Origin: Selaginella moellendorffii
Taxonomy: Eukaryota; Plantae; Lycopodiophyta
Reading direction: 5' to 3'
NCBI RefSeq assembly: GCF_000143415.4
Contig: NW_003314263.1
Span: 4,028,519-4,092,518 of the forward strand
DNA: 64,000 bases
In this document: positions 12,205-25,419 of the stretch, piece after piece
How the letters are laid out: every line of letters starts with the position of its first letter
How positions within the stretch are numbered: position 1 is the first letter of the stretch
Program-made: the position numbers and the translations under genes
The notes under the pieces: generated by a model
Database searches by the model: none
What the model saw: only the letters and a program-made list of their open reading frames with translations
Told to the model about the DNA's origin: nothing

Positions 12205-15200
12205 CACTTCCACGTGTCATGTGTTGGTCCTTTTGGGTCCCTTTTTTGGAGCCTCGCTTTTTGCTCACTTCGTGCTCGTTCCTCGAGCACTTCGTTGGGA
12301 GTTCCACTCCCGCTCTTGACTTTTCAAGTCGAAGCTTTTGGTCCAAACGTGTTACGCTCGTTTGGCTCTCGCTTCAGCCACTACCACGTGGCACCCTTTC
12401 CGGCTCCACTTTGGGGCCTAGGGATTTTGTGTCTCACAACTCCACCACCCATAGACGAAGTTCGATGTCCTCATCGAACGGTAAACCATTTTGTAAAGTA
12501 ACACTCGCATGTGTTACCATTTCCATCCTTGGCACCTAGCCAATATTTGTCAATGGTTTGACATTAAAGGCTCACCATGCCTTTTGCATTTGCCTCAATG
12601 GTTTGACACCAAAGGCTCACCATGCCTTGCCTATCCTCTAAGGAGGGTAGTCTCTCCAACTTAGAGACTGATTGGACCACATGTAGTGGTTCTCTCCTTT
12701 TATTGGTTTAGTTCTCGCTAAACCTCTTAGAGGCCCTTCTCTAAGTCAATCCCACTACTCCTTCTCGAGTAGTCTCAATTTCCATCTATTGAATGTTTGC
12801 ACCTTGGAACTTTTACTCTTTTGACTTTTGGAAGTCAATTTCCTAGGTGTCTCCAACACCTTGCATTGCACAGATTGTGCAACTCCACTTCCCTATCCTA
12901 GGAAGTTCATTACTTGAGGGCACCATCATCCTCTCTTCTATTTCGTGCCACCTTGGGCACTAAGTTCCATTTATCACACTTTGTGCTAGGGTTGTCCATC
13001 GCCCTATCATTTGGCTACCTTACCGCTCCCTCCCTTGGAGCTTCCACTTTCGCCAAATCGGAGCAATTCGGAATCCATCCTTGGAAACACACTTCCTTTC
13101 CCGCAATTTGTTAGCGTCCAACACATTAGTGTTCCTCGCCTAACTTTGTCACTTGGATTCCTTCCAAGGAATTCCACGGCCCTATCTTGGCCACTCATCT
13201 TTTGCTCCTATCCATTGATTGTTGCACCAAGCAACATCGAATCTCTACCTCCCTCCTTGAGGTGTTCTTTTGATTCCTTAGCAAAGGCTCTGCTTTGCCA
13301 AGACTAGGGTGTTCACCCCTAGTAAGTCTCTTTTAGCATCTTCTGCTGTGGGCTTTATCCTCGGCCCAACTTTGTGACCCTCCCATGGGTCTCTTTAGAG
13401 ACTACTTTCCTTGGACACACTATGCCACTGCAATGACATAGCTCATTTCCCTAAGGTGCTTTTCCCACTTGGTCACCTTGACCAAGCCACACCATCATCA
13501 ATAGTTCAAATCAACACTTTGAACTAGGAACCTTATTCCTTAACCCAAACAAGGATCTTGTCCTTATTTAGCCACTAGATCACCTAGTGATCTCACCTCG
13601 GCACCTTAACAGGTTTGCCAATAGGTACTAGGTCTTCCAGACCTTTAACTTGTTAACTACGACCCCGGGGGCATCCCCCACACTTGGCGGTGCGCCCAAG
13701 CTAGGCTTAGCTAGCCCTTCTGGCCAAGGGTCCATAGCAACTGAGATTAAGTGTCCTCATCTCACTCACCACGTCCTTGGTGCCACTTGCACCAAAGCGT
13801 TCAAGTTAGATATGCCGAGCTTTCACACTAAGCAATCTAACCGTGCATCACGACTCCGAGGCATCCCTCGCTTGGCGGTGTGCCCAAACCAGTCTCCCCA
13901 CTGAGAGTCCATGACCACCGAAATATGAGTGTCCTCATATTCCAAACCATCACCACGCCCTAGTGATTTGGGACTCGAACCCAAGCACTAAAGGGTCGGG
14001 ACTCGAACCCAACCTCCGTATATGCATCTACGGACGGCATCACACAAGATGCCTGGCGTGACTCCCCACGCCGGTGCACCAACTTGTTTTTAAAGCGCGC
14101 TACAGATCACAGGTTAGGAACCTAGTTCCCCCACACTGCCAAGTCCTCTCACTTGACATATCTGTGATCATGCATGGGCTCCTCCATGCTTAGCCCCATG
14201 GGCCACCTTTTTTGAAGTTAGCACCTTCAACTAGGGTATTTGTTCCCCCCAACTTGCCAATCTCACTTAGCAAGTCATCCGGCCACCATAACATGGTTCA
14301 TGCATAAGCGTGGAAGTCCTTAACCATCAACTTTCGTTCAAAGCCCTCTCTTTGAACACTCGGGAACTACTTCCCTAACCTTGACAGCCTTGCCTCATGG
14401 CAAGCTTCAAGACCACGCTTCTGCTGCGCCACTCTGATTTCGCGCGTTCTATGAACCATTTACACTTGGCCTTTCTAGGTACTAAGCTACCTAGAATCGT
14501 CTTTGGGAACCTTGAAGGAACTCTATCCCTTAGCTTGCTAAGGCCTCCCTTTTTGCAAGCTTTCCAATTGCCACATAGTCTAACATGGACAATTCCATAT
14601 TTTAGACTCTCCATGACATCACGGTTGCTAGCGGCAACACCCTCGAACCCCCACTTGATTCTCCACTCCCAGCTGGCATAACCAACCTTGGTTATGCCCT
14701 TCAATTTCTATGGTTCAATTCCATCCCAATACTACTTGCCTTTTGGCCCCATATGTTTCCTTTGGTTATTCTCCTCCAGACCAGGAGGATAGCTTTTGCA
14801 CTTTCTATCATGCCTTAGCAAGTATTCTTAGGGATGTACCTACCCAATAGCCCAAGGAGTGGTTCCTCAATCCGGGTATGCTCACCTTATAATCCCACAC
14901 ACTGGGATTACATTGTTGCTTATGGGCCTTTACATGCCCATCACTAGCCTTGCCAAAATTCCATTCTTGGCTTTGTCCAACTCGGGTAGACAGTCCTCTC
15001 CTGTCTCCACAACCTTGGACATTTGGATAGCACCTTCTATCCATCATTCGCTAGGGACTTAGTCCCTTGGGCTTTATCCATTGCCCTCGCGACATCAAAC
15101 ACCACCTTCTGGTGTTCTAGAGTGTTCGGGTGTCCCAATGATGGCTTTCTTGACAATGAGTATTTCCTTTTATAACATTGACTTACTATATCGCAACATA

Positions 15201-16544
15201 AGCAACTTATCCCCCGTAAGGGTGTATCCGACTTCCCTATGCTATTAAGAAGTCTTGGGTAGCTACCTTCTACCCGTTCAACCAGTTATTTTGCACCTCT
15301 TGCTTAGTTGCCTCATAGTTGTCAAGTCCTACAACTCATTGTTTAGTGCTTTCACACCTCCATCATTATCTGGGTCACCACACTCCAACTGCATGCTCTG
15401 CAACTTAGGCTATGCCATTCCCATTTCCATTGGGATTCCTTTGGCAAGGGGTTCTCATGAACCCACCAACATAGCCTCAAGGTATCACACCTTGGCACAT
15501 TTGGTGTCTCCACACCATCGGCTCCACAAGCTTACCTCTATGACACTTCCCCTTCGTGTTTATGTCTTTGCCAAGACCAACACCGCTCTTTCTCAAGCCA
15601 ACCATCCGTTAGCACTGCACCATAAAGGTCACACACAACTTTGTGTCAAAGTTGTTTTTTTCTGAGAACACCTTTCCTATAACTTTAGCATGGCACATTT
15701 TGCCATCGATGAGATACCCTCTGTTCTCATCTTTGGATCCTATGATCCCCCCCCCATCCTTTGTGGGGTACAACACACCTCAGTCCAAATGCTTCCATCA
15801 GTCCTTTTAGGACCATCCCTTGACTCTACTTGAAGCATCAGCAGTTTTGGACTTGGTTAATCCACAGACCCTTAAGGTCCTACTTGTGAGGCACTAGCTC
15901 ACTGGAATACACTTCTGGCATTCCTATCCTACTCAAAAGGACTATTTTCACAAGTGTTACTCTGACACTTGATTTTGTTCTTTGGGGGCAACTTTTGCCC
16001 CTTACAACTACTTGTCCATGTGATGAGAATACCACTCATCTCTAAGTACACCCCCGAACTCCTTGGGTTGTTTCAGCATTTATTAAAGGTAGCCCCGGCT
16101 ACCATTTCAAGGACTTGAGTCCTCTTCCGTATTTGACCTCCCACGGTCATTACCTCTGGTCTCACATCCATGAGTACCAACCTCAACTATATGAGGATAA
16201 TCTTGTGACTCCTTTATTGTTTTGGAGTCTCTATCTTTCCCGTGATCCCAACTTTAGTTGTTTACCACAACAACCTTAGCCAATTTGCTGAGACAAATGC
16301 TCATCCGGATCACATCCTCAACTCAATGAGGAAAACCTTGTACTGTTCCCAAGATCCCAAAGTCGTTCTATTATTGGCCCTTTTCTATCCACCACATCGT
16401 GCCCACGTTCACGCATGAACTTGAGTGGAGAGCCATGTCCTCTCGACATGCTACTCCTCAAGGATAGGCCCACTCCTAGGACCTTCCAATGCCAACATCA
16501 ATGGTGATATACTTGAGCACCAATAAAAGTCAGACTAAGGAACA

Positions 16545-16556
16545 GCTCCGATACCA
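16545..16556 (-). promoter_or_regulatory. Primer-binding site (tRNA-iMet type) of element A
   Basis: TGGTATCGGAGC lies 3 nt from the LTR end; the canonical site is TGGTATCAGAGC. Confidence 0.88.
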
Positions 16557-17677
16557 AGTTGTAGGCGACTAAATTTTCCATTCTACTTTAGTCACTTAAC
16601 CACACCTCTGACCACTTGGAGGAGTCTCATTCACAACCTCCATAAGTCCAATCCAGGACTTGGGACTTGCTAGCCCCGAGAATGGCATCCATGCCACTCA
16701 ACATTTGCACTTGGTCCAAGTGCTCCACGTGTCCAATCCCATGACCGACACTCAAAGGTACCACCGACATAGCAGCCCGTTACGCTAAGGCCATGCCCAA
16801 TCACCTTTGCCACACTGGTAGTCCAATACCACTTGCATCACCGTCTTGACTCTCCAAGACTAGGCAAACCATCCGTGAGTGGTCATCTCAGGTCCACTCC
16901 TTAGCATCCTTAGGATGCCCACCGACAAGGGGAATAGCCTTCCCCAATATCCCTCTGTCAGCCCCCACTAAGTCCCTTTCTGCCCTGGCCGTGTTTGCCA
17001 ACACTGCCACTGGATCGAGACCCACAGGCCCGACCACTAAGTCCCACGGTCCTCTGGGACTTCCTCACCACACGACTGTGTCCTTGGTCACTACCCCAGA
17101 GGACTGCTCCTCTTCCTTTCCACAGTCTGGGCCTTTGGGACAACATTTCGGAACACCGTGGCCTTACGCGAGCCACCTGGGTACTCTCCCCGCCTTTCGT
17201 CTTTAGGTGCTCTAGCCATGGGCTTAGAGCGAGGTTCCGTTGAGCCACGCCTGGTATCCAAGTAGGTAGTGCCACCCACACTTGGACTGGGAGCATCGGC
17301 CAGTCGATCTCCCGGGGGAACTAGAGCCGGCTCTTGAACACTTCACCAAGCTACCCCGCTTGTCGGTCTGTGTTCACTCTAGTCTTGGACTTCCTAGTGG
17401 GCAGCTCATCACCCAACACTGGTCCGGCCTTCCTGGGCCACACTGGCCTTTCCTGACCAAACTGGCTCCACTGCAGTCCTCCCCCTACTATACTTTTGGA
17501 GCTCACCAAACCCCCCAGGGTCTGGGAGACGAACGCTTTGGGCTTTCACCCTCTCAGACTCGAACTCGGACTCGGACTCGGACTCAGACTCGGACTCGGA
17601 CTCAGACTCAGACTCGGACTCGGGCTCGGGCTCGGGCTCGGTCTCGGCCTCGGCCTCAGTCTCGTTCTCGGTCCCGA

Positions 17678-17709
<32 letters not shown>

Positions 17710-18078
17710 CCGGTCTCGGTCTCGACTTCGGACTCCATCTTGGACTCCATCTCGGACTCCATCTCGGACTCNNNNNNNNNNNNNNNNNNNNNNNNNNNNN
17801 NNNNNNNNNNNNNNNNNNNNNNNNNNNNNNNNNNNNNNNNNNNNNNNNNNNNNNNNNNNNNNNNNNNNNNNCTGCAGTCCTCCCCCTGCTATAGCATCGG
17901 AGCTCCCCAAACCCCCCAGGGTCTGGGAGCCGAACGCTGAGGGCTTTCACCGTGTCAACATAGAAATCGCAGTAACACTCGGACTCAGACTCGGACTCGG
18001 ACTCAGACTCAGACTCGGACTCGGGCTCGGGCTCGGGCTCGGTCTCGGCCTCGGCCTCAGTCTCGTTCTCGGTCCCGA

Positions 18079-18110
<32 letters not shown>

Positions 18111-19638
18111 CCGGTCTCGGTCTCGACTTCGGACTCCATCTTGGACTCCATCTCGGACTCCATCTCGGACTCCATCTCGGGTCCATCTCGGACTCCATCT
18201 CGGGTCCACCTTGGACTCCATCTCGGACTCCATCTCAGGTCCACCTCGGACTCCATCTCGGACTCCATCTCGGGTCCATCTCGGGTCCACCTCGGACTCC
18301 ATCTCGGACTCCATCTCGGACTCCATTTCGGGTCCATCTCGAGTCCACCTCGGACTCCATCTCGGACTCCATCTCGGGTCCATCTCAGGTCCACCTCGGA
18401 CTCCATCTCGGACTCCATCTCGGACTCCATTTCGGGTCCATCTCGGGTCCACCTCGGACTCCATCTCGGACTCCATCTCGGACTCCACTTTGGGTCCATC
18501 TTGGGTCCATCTCGGACACTTCCACGTGTCATGTGTTGGTCCTTTTGGGTCCCTTTTTTGGAGCCTCGCTTTTTGCTCACTTCGTGCTCGTTCCTCGAGC
18601 ACTTCGTTGGGAGTTCCACTCCCGCTCTTGACTTTTGAAGGTGGAGCTTTTGGTCCAAACGTGTTACGCTCGTTTGGCTCTCGCTTCAGCCACTACCACG
18701 TGGCACCCTTTCCGGCTCCACTTTGGGGCCTAGGGATTTTGTGTCTCACATCACCATGCAGCTTTCTCTAGATTGTGTAGTGATTTTCTCTGCCCAGCAT
18801 CCTGTCATCCACTTTGAAGAGGTCATTGAAGAATAGGGGCTGGTTCAGCTAGTCCTCCGCTTGCCCCAACATTTCCCTACTAATTGAAAGTTTGCTCCAC
18901 AGCCTGAGAATCCCTTGAACTAGTGTGCCACCCTTGACTACTTGCTTTGAAGCTCTATTTCGTTAAAGTGGGATTTATTCAGTAAAATGGGACTAGGTAC
19001 AAATTTTCAAGTATTTGAAAATGACGTGAAATTATATGTTTTTTGTCCAGGGGCTAGACATATCTGGGGCATGGTGACTAGCGCGGTGACTTTGTGTCCA
19101 GACTGAGTCCATCTGGTTGTATAATAAATCTCATTGTCAAGGTGAACAAGCCGAATCTGAAGCTAAAGAAGAGCGATGGCATGCGCGCACACACTATTTG
19201 TTTGTTCATTGAGCGTGTGGTGAGCTTTCCAAGATGAACGTCATTCCTATTAGCCAGACATATAACTTAATGGTGAGAACATTTAGATATTATTCAATGT
19301 TATCTTTTTCTAACGAATCTAATTGTGAAGGTGTAGCAAGAGGCATTGCTAGTCTGGAGAAGTCATTTAACTCATTTGACCCTTAGTGTATTTTCATGAA
19401 ACTAAATAACATTCATATTATTAAGGAATTTCTCTAGTACCTTTTTTTTACGACATAGAGGCTTGCATTTCTTTCAAAGGTGATTTAGTAAAAGGCCTGA
19501 GGGCACATGCCATTCTATTTCTCAGACCAGTATTAAGATATACTAGTGCAAAGGGCCACATGCCATCACGCCTCCTTTGATTCAGATTCGGATTGTTCAC
19601 CTTGAAATAAAATACATTAGAAACTTAGTAAAGGAATA

Positions 19639-21850
19639 TTAAATCTCACCTTGAACCCGGGTTATGAATGCTCTTGCTGCATCTCTTGCATGGTCTGGCA
19701 AGGTGATGGTGGCACTCTGCTTCCGCATCCAACCATGCACAACATTATCCACCGATATGCTCATGCTGGGATCCCTTGGATTCAGCACCCATCTCTTTTC
19801 TAGGCAATCCTTCGTATATCCGGAACTTGGCTTGAACCACTCCACAGTTACATTGAAGGAGTTAGTTTCCGCGTCCTCCTCTGCATCAGTGATGCAGCGC
19901 CCCACCCATATTATTTGTTTTTTATTACTGGGTCTGACAAGCACGACCATTCCTTTGCAGACTTGTACTGGATTGAATGCTGAATCCGGCTTCTTGTTCC
20001 TCGGCCCACAATAGTGATCCTCAACATCGTTATCTGTCACTGCATTTCCAGAGGACATTGTTCCGCTACTATCTGGTGCTCTGGGTTCTGGCCAAAAGGA
20101 CTCTTCCAATTCTTCATATACAACCGGCCCATTTTGGATAGCAGATATAATCTTCTCCCAGTATTCGAGCAAAGGCTTGCACCTCTTAAAATAGGATTCT
20201 CCACCAAACACCAACCCCCTCTTCCAGAAGGCAATATGCTGTCTAATCCCGGCCACTATACTTTCCTGGTCTTTGAGTCCATCCGGGTGCATCGGCCGTG
20301 GGGAACCCTGAGGAATCATAGGTTCCCCAGTTATGGGATCTCTCTTGAAGAGTTCAATGCCGTCCACTGGCAGCCACACTGTGTCCCATTCTCTCATCTT
20401 GTACCTCATCACTGGAGCACCGTCACGCATGCTGAAATGAAACTGAAGAGGCTTGGAGTGGCCAATCAGCGTTTCGGATCCATCCCTGATGTAGCCTCTT
20501 ACAAACCCCTTAAAGTCTGGAACCTCTGTCACAAGTGCAGCTTCAACAGTGCCTTTGATGCAATTTTGGAATTCATCGTAGAGTTGTGGGAGGGTGAGGA
20601 CATTGGATCGCCGGAGGGACTCTGCCAGGTGACTGAACATGGCATCGACATCTTCATGAGTGTGCCCAACCATGAGAAAGCCAAGTGTAACCGTTTCAAA
20701 TATGCCTTTGGCAACAAGCATCGCCAAGTACGCGAAGACGTACATGTTTTTGTTCTCACTGCCAGCATTGTCTGTTTGGAGCAGAAGATGGGGTGGAAGG
20801 CCACATCGGCCGCAAGAACTTCCTTGAGATTCTGCTTCGTTTGGATGAGGCTGTGCATTCACCGGGCGACCAGCCTCGTCGGAATGGCATGAGGCCTCAC
20901 GTGATAACCCTACAATCTGACAGCCAACATATTCACTGGGATGGCATGGGGCCCCACGCGATACTGCAAGCCTTTGCTCCTCCTCCAGCTGAACCCTGTA
21001 TGGGGTTCCATCGACAAGGGCCTTATGCAAGGGTTGGCCGTTCAGCTCAGTCTGCGCACTTTGCAGAGACCTTAAGTGTTTTGCTAGGGACGCAATCATC
21101 ATGTTTGCACCCCCGCCACCCCATAGAGGTACAAAGAAGTTCCCATAGTTCTGGGCACCATGCCCATGAGCGATTATGCCAAACAGAGACACAGGCAGTT
21201 GCATGGATGAAGAGATTGCCTTGGGGGCAGGATTGAGTCGAGGTAAGCACGTCTTTTTCTGGTCCATTTTGTCGTGGATGATGCAGAGGTAAGAGTCAGG
21301 TCTCTCCATGGAGAGAATCCTGTTATGATAATATGCAGTCCTGCAGCTTCTCTGCTCGATGTTGTGGTCGAGCCGCCTTCTAACCAACGTCTCTCGCTCT
21401 TGAGCGCTGCAAGAATTCTTCGACAAAGCCATTTTGATAGCAGTGCACTCGTCACACTTTGAAAAGCTGGAGTACTTTCCTATACTCACATCCCTGAACC
21501 TGTTGCTCCACAATCTACTAAATCTAGATTGGCTCAGCTTCCTGTAGCCATTACTCTGGAGTTCCCGATTCACATCTTCCTATATGGCCCCCTTGGTATA
21601 CATGGAAGGGAGAACTCGTTGGGTGTCTCGTGTTCCATCTTCCAAGAGGCGGGTTTTATGTGGTTGCTGCTCGCTACATGTCTCGACAAACCTCTTGAAG
21701 ATTGCCTCTCCATATACAACATGACCCCTGGTTTTGTGCGTACCGTCGTTCCCATGGACTGCCTGTTGAACCCTTTGTTCCTCGAACTCAGTTTTGATTC
21801 TGTAGAATGTGGTTCGAGGGACTCCATAAATGATTCTCCATGCCTTCATG
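19639..21850 (-). CDS. Sola1-like / DUF7869-type DDD transposase; one in-frame TAG at 21580-21582; N-terminus lost in the gap
   Basis: Motifs FSKCDEC, IIHDKMDQ (D1), LQTDNAGSENKN (D2) and FLMVGHTHEDVDAMFS (D3). The upstream same-frame ORF 21580-21849 has AWRIIYGVPRTTFY and HGN. Confidence 0.8.
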
Positions 21851-22676
21851 NNNNNNNNNNNNNNNNNNNNNNNNNNNNNNNNNNNNNNNNNNNNNNNNNN
21901 NNNNNNNNNNNNNNNNNNNNNNNNNNNNNNNNNNNNNNNNNNNNNNNNNNNNNNNNNNNNNNNNNNNNNNNNNNNNNNNNNNNNNNNNNNNNNNNNNNNN
22001 NNNNNNNNNNNNNNNNNNNNNNNNNNNNNNNNNNNNNNNNNNNNNNNNNNNNNNNNNNNNNNNNNNNNNNNNNNNNNNNNNNNNNNNNNNNNNNNNNNNN
22101 NNNNNNNNNNNNNNNNNNNNNNNNNNNNNNNNNNNNNNNNNNNNNNNNNNNNNNNNNNNNNNNNNNNNNNNNNNNNNNNNNNNNNNNNNNNNNNNNNNNN
22201 NNNNNNNNNNNNNNNNNNNNNNNNNNNNNNNNNNNNNNNNNNNNNNNNNNNNNNNNNNNNNNNNNNNNNNNNNNNNNNNNNNNNNNNNNNNNNNNNNNNN
22301 NNNNNNNNNNNNNNNNNNNNNNNNNNNNNNNNNNNNNNNNNNNNNNNNNNNNNNNNNNNNNNNNNNNNNNNNNNNNNNNNNNNNNNNNNNNNNNNNNNNN
22401 NNNNNNNNNNNNNNNNNNNNNNNNNNAGAAAAGAACACGGCGCACAAAAATGATAGACCTAGAAATGAGTTCGAGAATTCAAAAATAACACACGCTTGAA
22501 CGTCACATCAAATCCTCTGACAAACCAGATTTTATGATTCCTCTGACAAATTTCAAACTGAGTAGCTTCTAGACTTTGCTGTCGGAGGTTGAACTTTGTC
22601 ACATCATGTCCTTGCCTCGATCCAGCTGTGCCATGTCAGTGATTCGAACTTTGCCATGCCATGTCAGCGATCCGCG

Positions 22677-24533
22677 CCAAGATTATTCGCCGTGTAAAGG
22701 AATAATTATGCTGTGTGTGTACGTCCATTTATGGCAATATAATGCCACATGCCATTCAAAGAATAATGCTAGTCGAGCATCTTTTGGTGCATTTTTGGGT
22801 TCAAAATTGCATGAGCCCACACGCTATAAAGTTTACCTATACCAAAAATAGAAACAGCTTTATTTACTTGGGAATTTATATGGTTGAGGCATTTTTAAAC
22901 TTACAAACACATGCCCTACTTACATTCCTTTGGTTGCTTAAAATTCAAAAATATTATAAACCTTTCTTTTTGCATTTTCAATGTTTTCAATTATGGTTTT
23001 TGATTTTCGCAGGACCAGCCTAGTAATCTATTTGCATCCCGTCATGTTTATAGCTAGCTTTCGTTTGTCCCCTTCGCTAGCCTGAGATACATCTGCTCGG
23101 CATCTGCCTCTTACAGCATTTGCCCAGAAAGGGCATCTTTCTTCACGCAGCATTTGCCACATGTTTAGGGTTAGGGTTTAGAGTTTAGGGTTTAGCAATT
23201 CAGTAGCTTGATAAACATGCAAATACAGAACTTGATGCAAAATCCTTTGATATGTCACAATGCCCCTAGGACCATAAACACATTTCAATAGAGAGGGTCC
23301 TTTCATTTCATAACTCCTTTCGTAGATCTTGGTGAAACCAGAGTTAGTGAAGTTGGTTTCTTGTGATCCCGCATCTGATTGTGATGTCCCTTTGCAGTGT
23401 CGATGGAAAGGTCAATGCACACCAAACTGTAGAATCTTGGAGCAAAATAACGGTCGGATCTATGGCAAATGCCCCTGAAACATTGTAAGGCTCGTGTGGT
23501 CTCATGTGGTGTCCGATCGAGATGCTTCTTTGCAAGGTCATCAAGAAGGACATTGTATACCATTTTGTAAAATCTGGTTGCGATCTAACGGTTGGATCTC
23601 CAGGAAACTCAAAACAATCTCGCGCGTGTCAAAATATTCTAGGAATATACTCCTATGTGCTCCAAGATTATTCGCCGTGTAAAGGAATAATTATGCTGTG
23701 TCATTTATGGCAATATAAGGCCACACGCCATTCAAAGAATAATGCTAGTCGAGCATTTTTTGGTGCATTTTTGGGTTCAAAATTGCATGAGCCCACACGC
23801 TATAAAGTTTACCTGTACCAAAAATAGAAACAGCTTTATTTACTTGGGAATATAAGTGGTTGAGGCATTTTTAAACTTACAAACACATGCCCTACTTACA
23901 TTCCTTTGGTTGCTTACATTCCTTTGGTTGCTAGCTTTCGTTTGTCCCCTTCACTAGCCTGAGATACATCTGCTCGGCATCTGCCTCTTACAGCATTTGC
24001 CCAGAAAGGGCATCTTTCTTCACGCAGCATTTGCCACATGTTTAGGGTTTAGGGTTTAGGGTTTAGCAATTCAGTAGCTTGATAAACATGCAAATACAGA
24101 ACTTGATGCAAAATCCTTGGATATGTCACAATGCCCCTAGGACCATAAACACATTTCAATAGAGAGGGTCCTTTCATTTCATAACTCCTTACGTAGATCT
24201 TGGTGAAACTAGAGTTAGTGAAGTTGGTTTCTTGTGATCCCGCATCTGATTGTGATGTCCCTTTGCAGTGTCGATGGAAAGGTCAATGCACACCAAACTG
24301 TAGAATCTTGGAGCAAAATAACGGTCGGATCTATAGCAAATGCCCCTGAAACATTGTAAGGCTCGTGTGGTCTCATGTGGTGTCCGATCGAGATGCTTCT
24401 TTGCAGGGTCATCAAGAAGGACATTGTATACCATTCTGTAAAATCTAGTTGCGATCTAACGGTTGGATCTCCAGGAAACTCAAAACAATCTCGCGCGTGT
24501 CAGAATATTCTAGGAATATACTCCTATGTGCTC
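22677..24533. repeat. Tandem duplication inside the transposon (22677-23661 and 23662-~24533), each unit with a TTTAGGG tract
   Basis: Both units begin ccaagattattcgccgtgtaaagg. Unit 2 has a deletion of roughly 0.1 kb. Telomeric tracts at ~23163-23196 and ~24040-24067. Confidence 0.9.
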
Positions 24534-24964
24534 CTGAAAATGGCATGCGGCCCCACGCCATTCAAGAGATAACGCCAGATGACGCCGAGCATTTTTTGGT
24601 GCATTTTTTGGGATCAAAATTGCATGAGCCCACATGCTTGAACGTCACATCAAATCCTCTGACAATTTATTTAGCTGAACATCTGGCATTTTTGGAAATA
24701 CAAGATGCTTTGGAATATCCAATCATGCATGGTATAAATATAGCGAGGGTATTAAATGATATCCCAATCATGATCTTTCTTTTGGATTTCGCGTGCATGC
24801 AGTCAGAGGAATGATGACGTTGCGGATTTCTTTTGGATTTCATGCATGCGCGCGCCGATCCAGAAATTAATGGTGGCGCCCAAGTCCGAGAAATGATGAC
24901 GTGGCGGGATTACCAACCGTTGTGACATTTCGCGCGTGTGAGGTTAGGTTTTGCATTTTGCTTC

Positions 24965-25220
24965 ATACTCGCGCTCGCACACTCGCGCTCGCATCGCGCT
25001 CCCACTCGCGCTCGCACACTCGCGCTCGCATCGCGCTCCCACTCGCGCTCGCATCGCGCTCCCACTCGCGCTCGCATCGCGCTCCCACTCGCGCTCCCAC
25101 TTCTCTACAGGTTTCTCGTGTGCATCGGCGTCCACTCGCGCTTGCATCACACTCGCGCTTGCATCACACTCGCGCTCGCATCGCGCTTGCATCGCGCTCG
25201 TGTGCATCGGCGTCCACTTC
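24965..25220. repeat. CpG-rich ~23-bp tandem repeat (CACTCGCGCTCGCATCGCGCTCC)n upstream of ORF2
   Basis: Seen directly, about 200 bp before the ORF2 ATG. Confidence 0.9.
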
Positions 25221-25419
25221 AAGACACACCCAGTTTGTAACTTCGCCGCCAACTCCGCTGCCCACTCTGCCACCCACACGCAGCCCACTTGGCATCCCGG
25301 GAGATTTCAGCGCCACTCTCCAACTGTAAGTGGCAGAGTAGCCTTGCTGCTACGCTCCGCTGCACACACAGTGCACATTCGCCAGCGAGTCCGGTTGTCA
25401 CGCCTCCATTCGGCTTCAA

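Larger units (their letters stand above)
10661..18750 (-). mobile_element. Non-autonomous LTR retrotransposon (LARD-like), element A
   Basis: Near-identical LTRs at 10661-12438 and 16560-18750. 5-bp TSD TCACC at 10656-10660 and 18751-18755. PBS at 16545-16556; PPT GGGTGGTGGAGT at 12439-12450. The 4.1-kb interior has no long ORF, only gag traces (TMWW...SWEQYKVFL near 16330-16420). Confidence 0.93.

Noticed and set aside
11383-12539. Long overlapping ORFs (RTRTR, LGLGL, MESEMESE) here and in other family-A LTRs
   Set aside because: They are by-products of a stop-poor minisatellite open in several frames on both strands, with no domain signal.
13968-14014. tRNA gene
   Set aside because: Only T-arm-like hairpins are present; I could not see a D arm, anticodon arm or acceptor stem.
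17471-18000. Extra ~400 bp duplication in the right LTR of element A
   Set aside because: It flanks a 100-N gap and the post-gap copy looks like a low-quality read end, so it is probably an unmerged contig overlap.
20014-21236. Plus-strand ORFs opposite the transposase, and similar antisense ORFs in the hAT and ORF2
   Set aside because: These are shadow ORFs with no recognisable motifs.
21529-22499. ORFs spanning N runs (also 26051-27318)
   Set aside because: Their length comes from untranslatable Ns.
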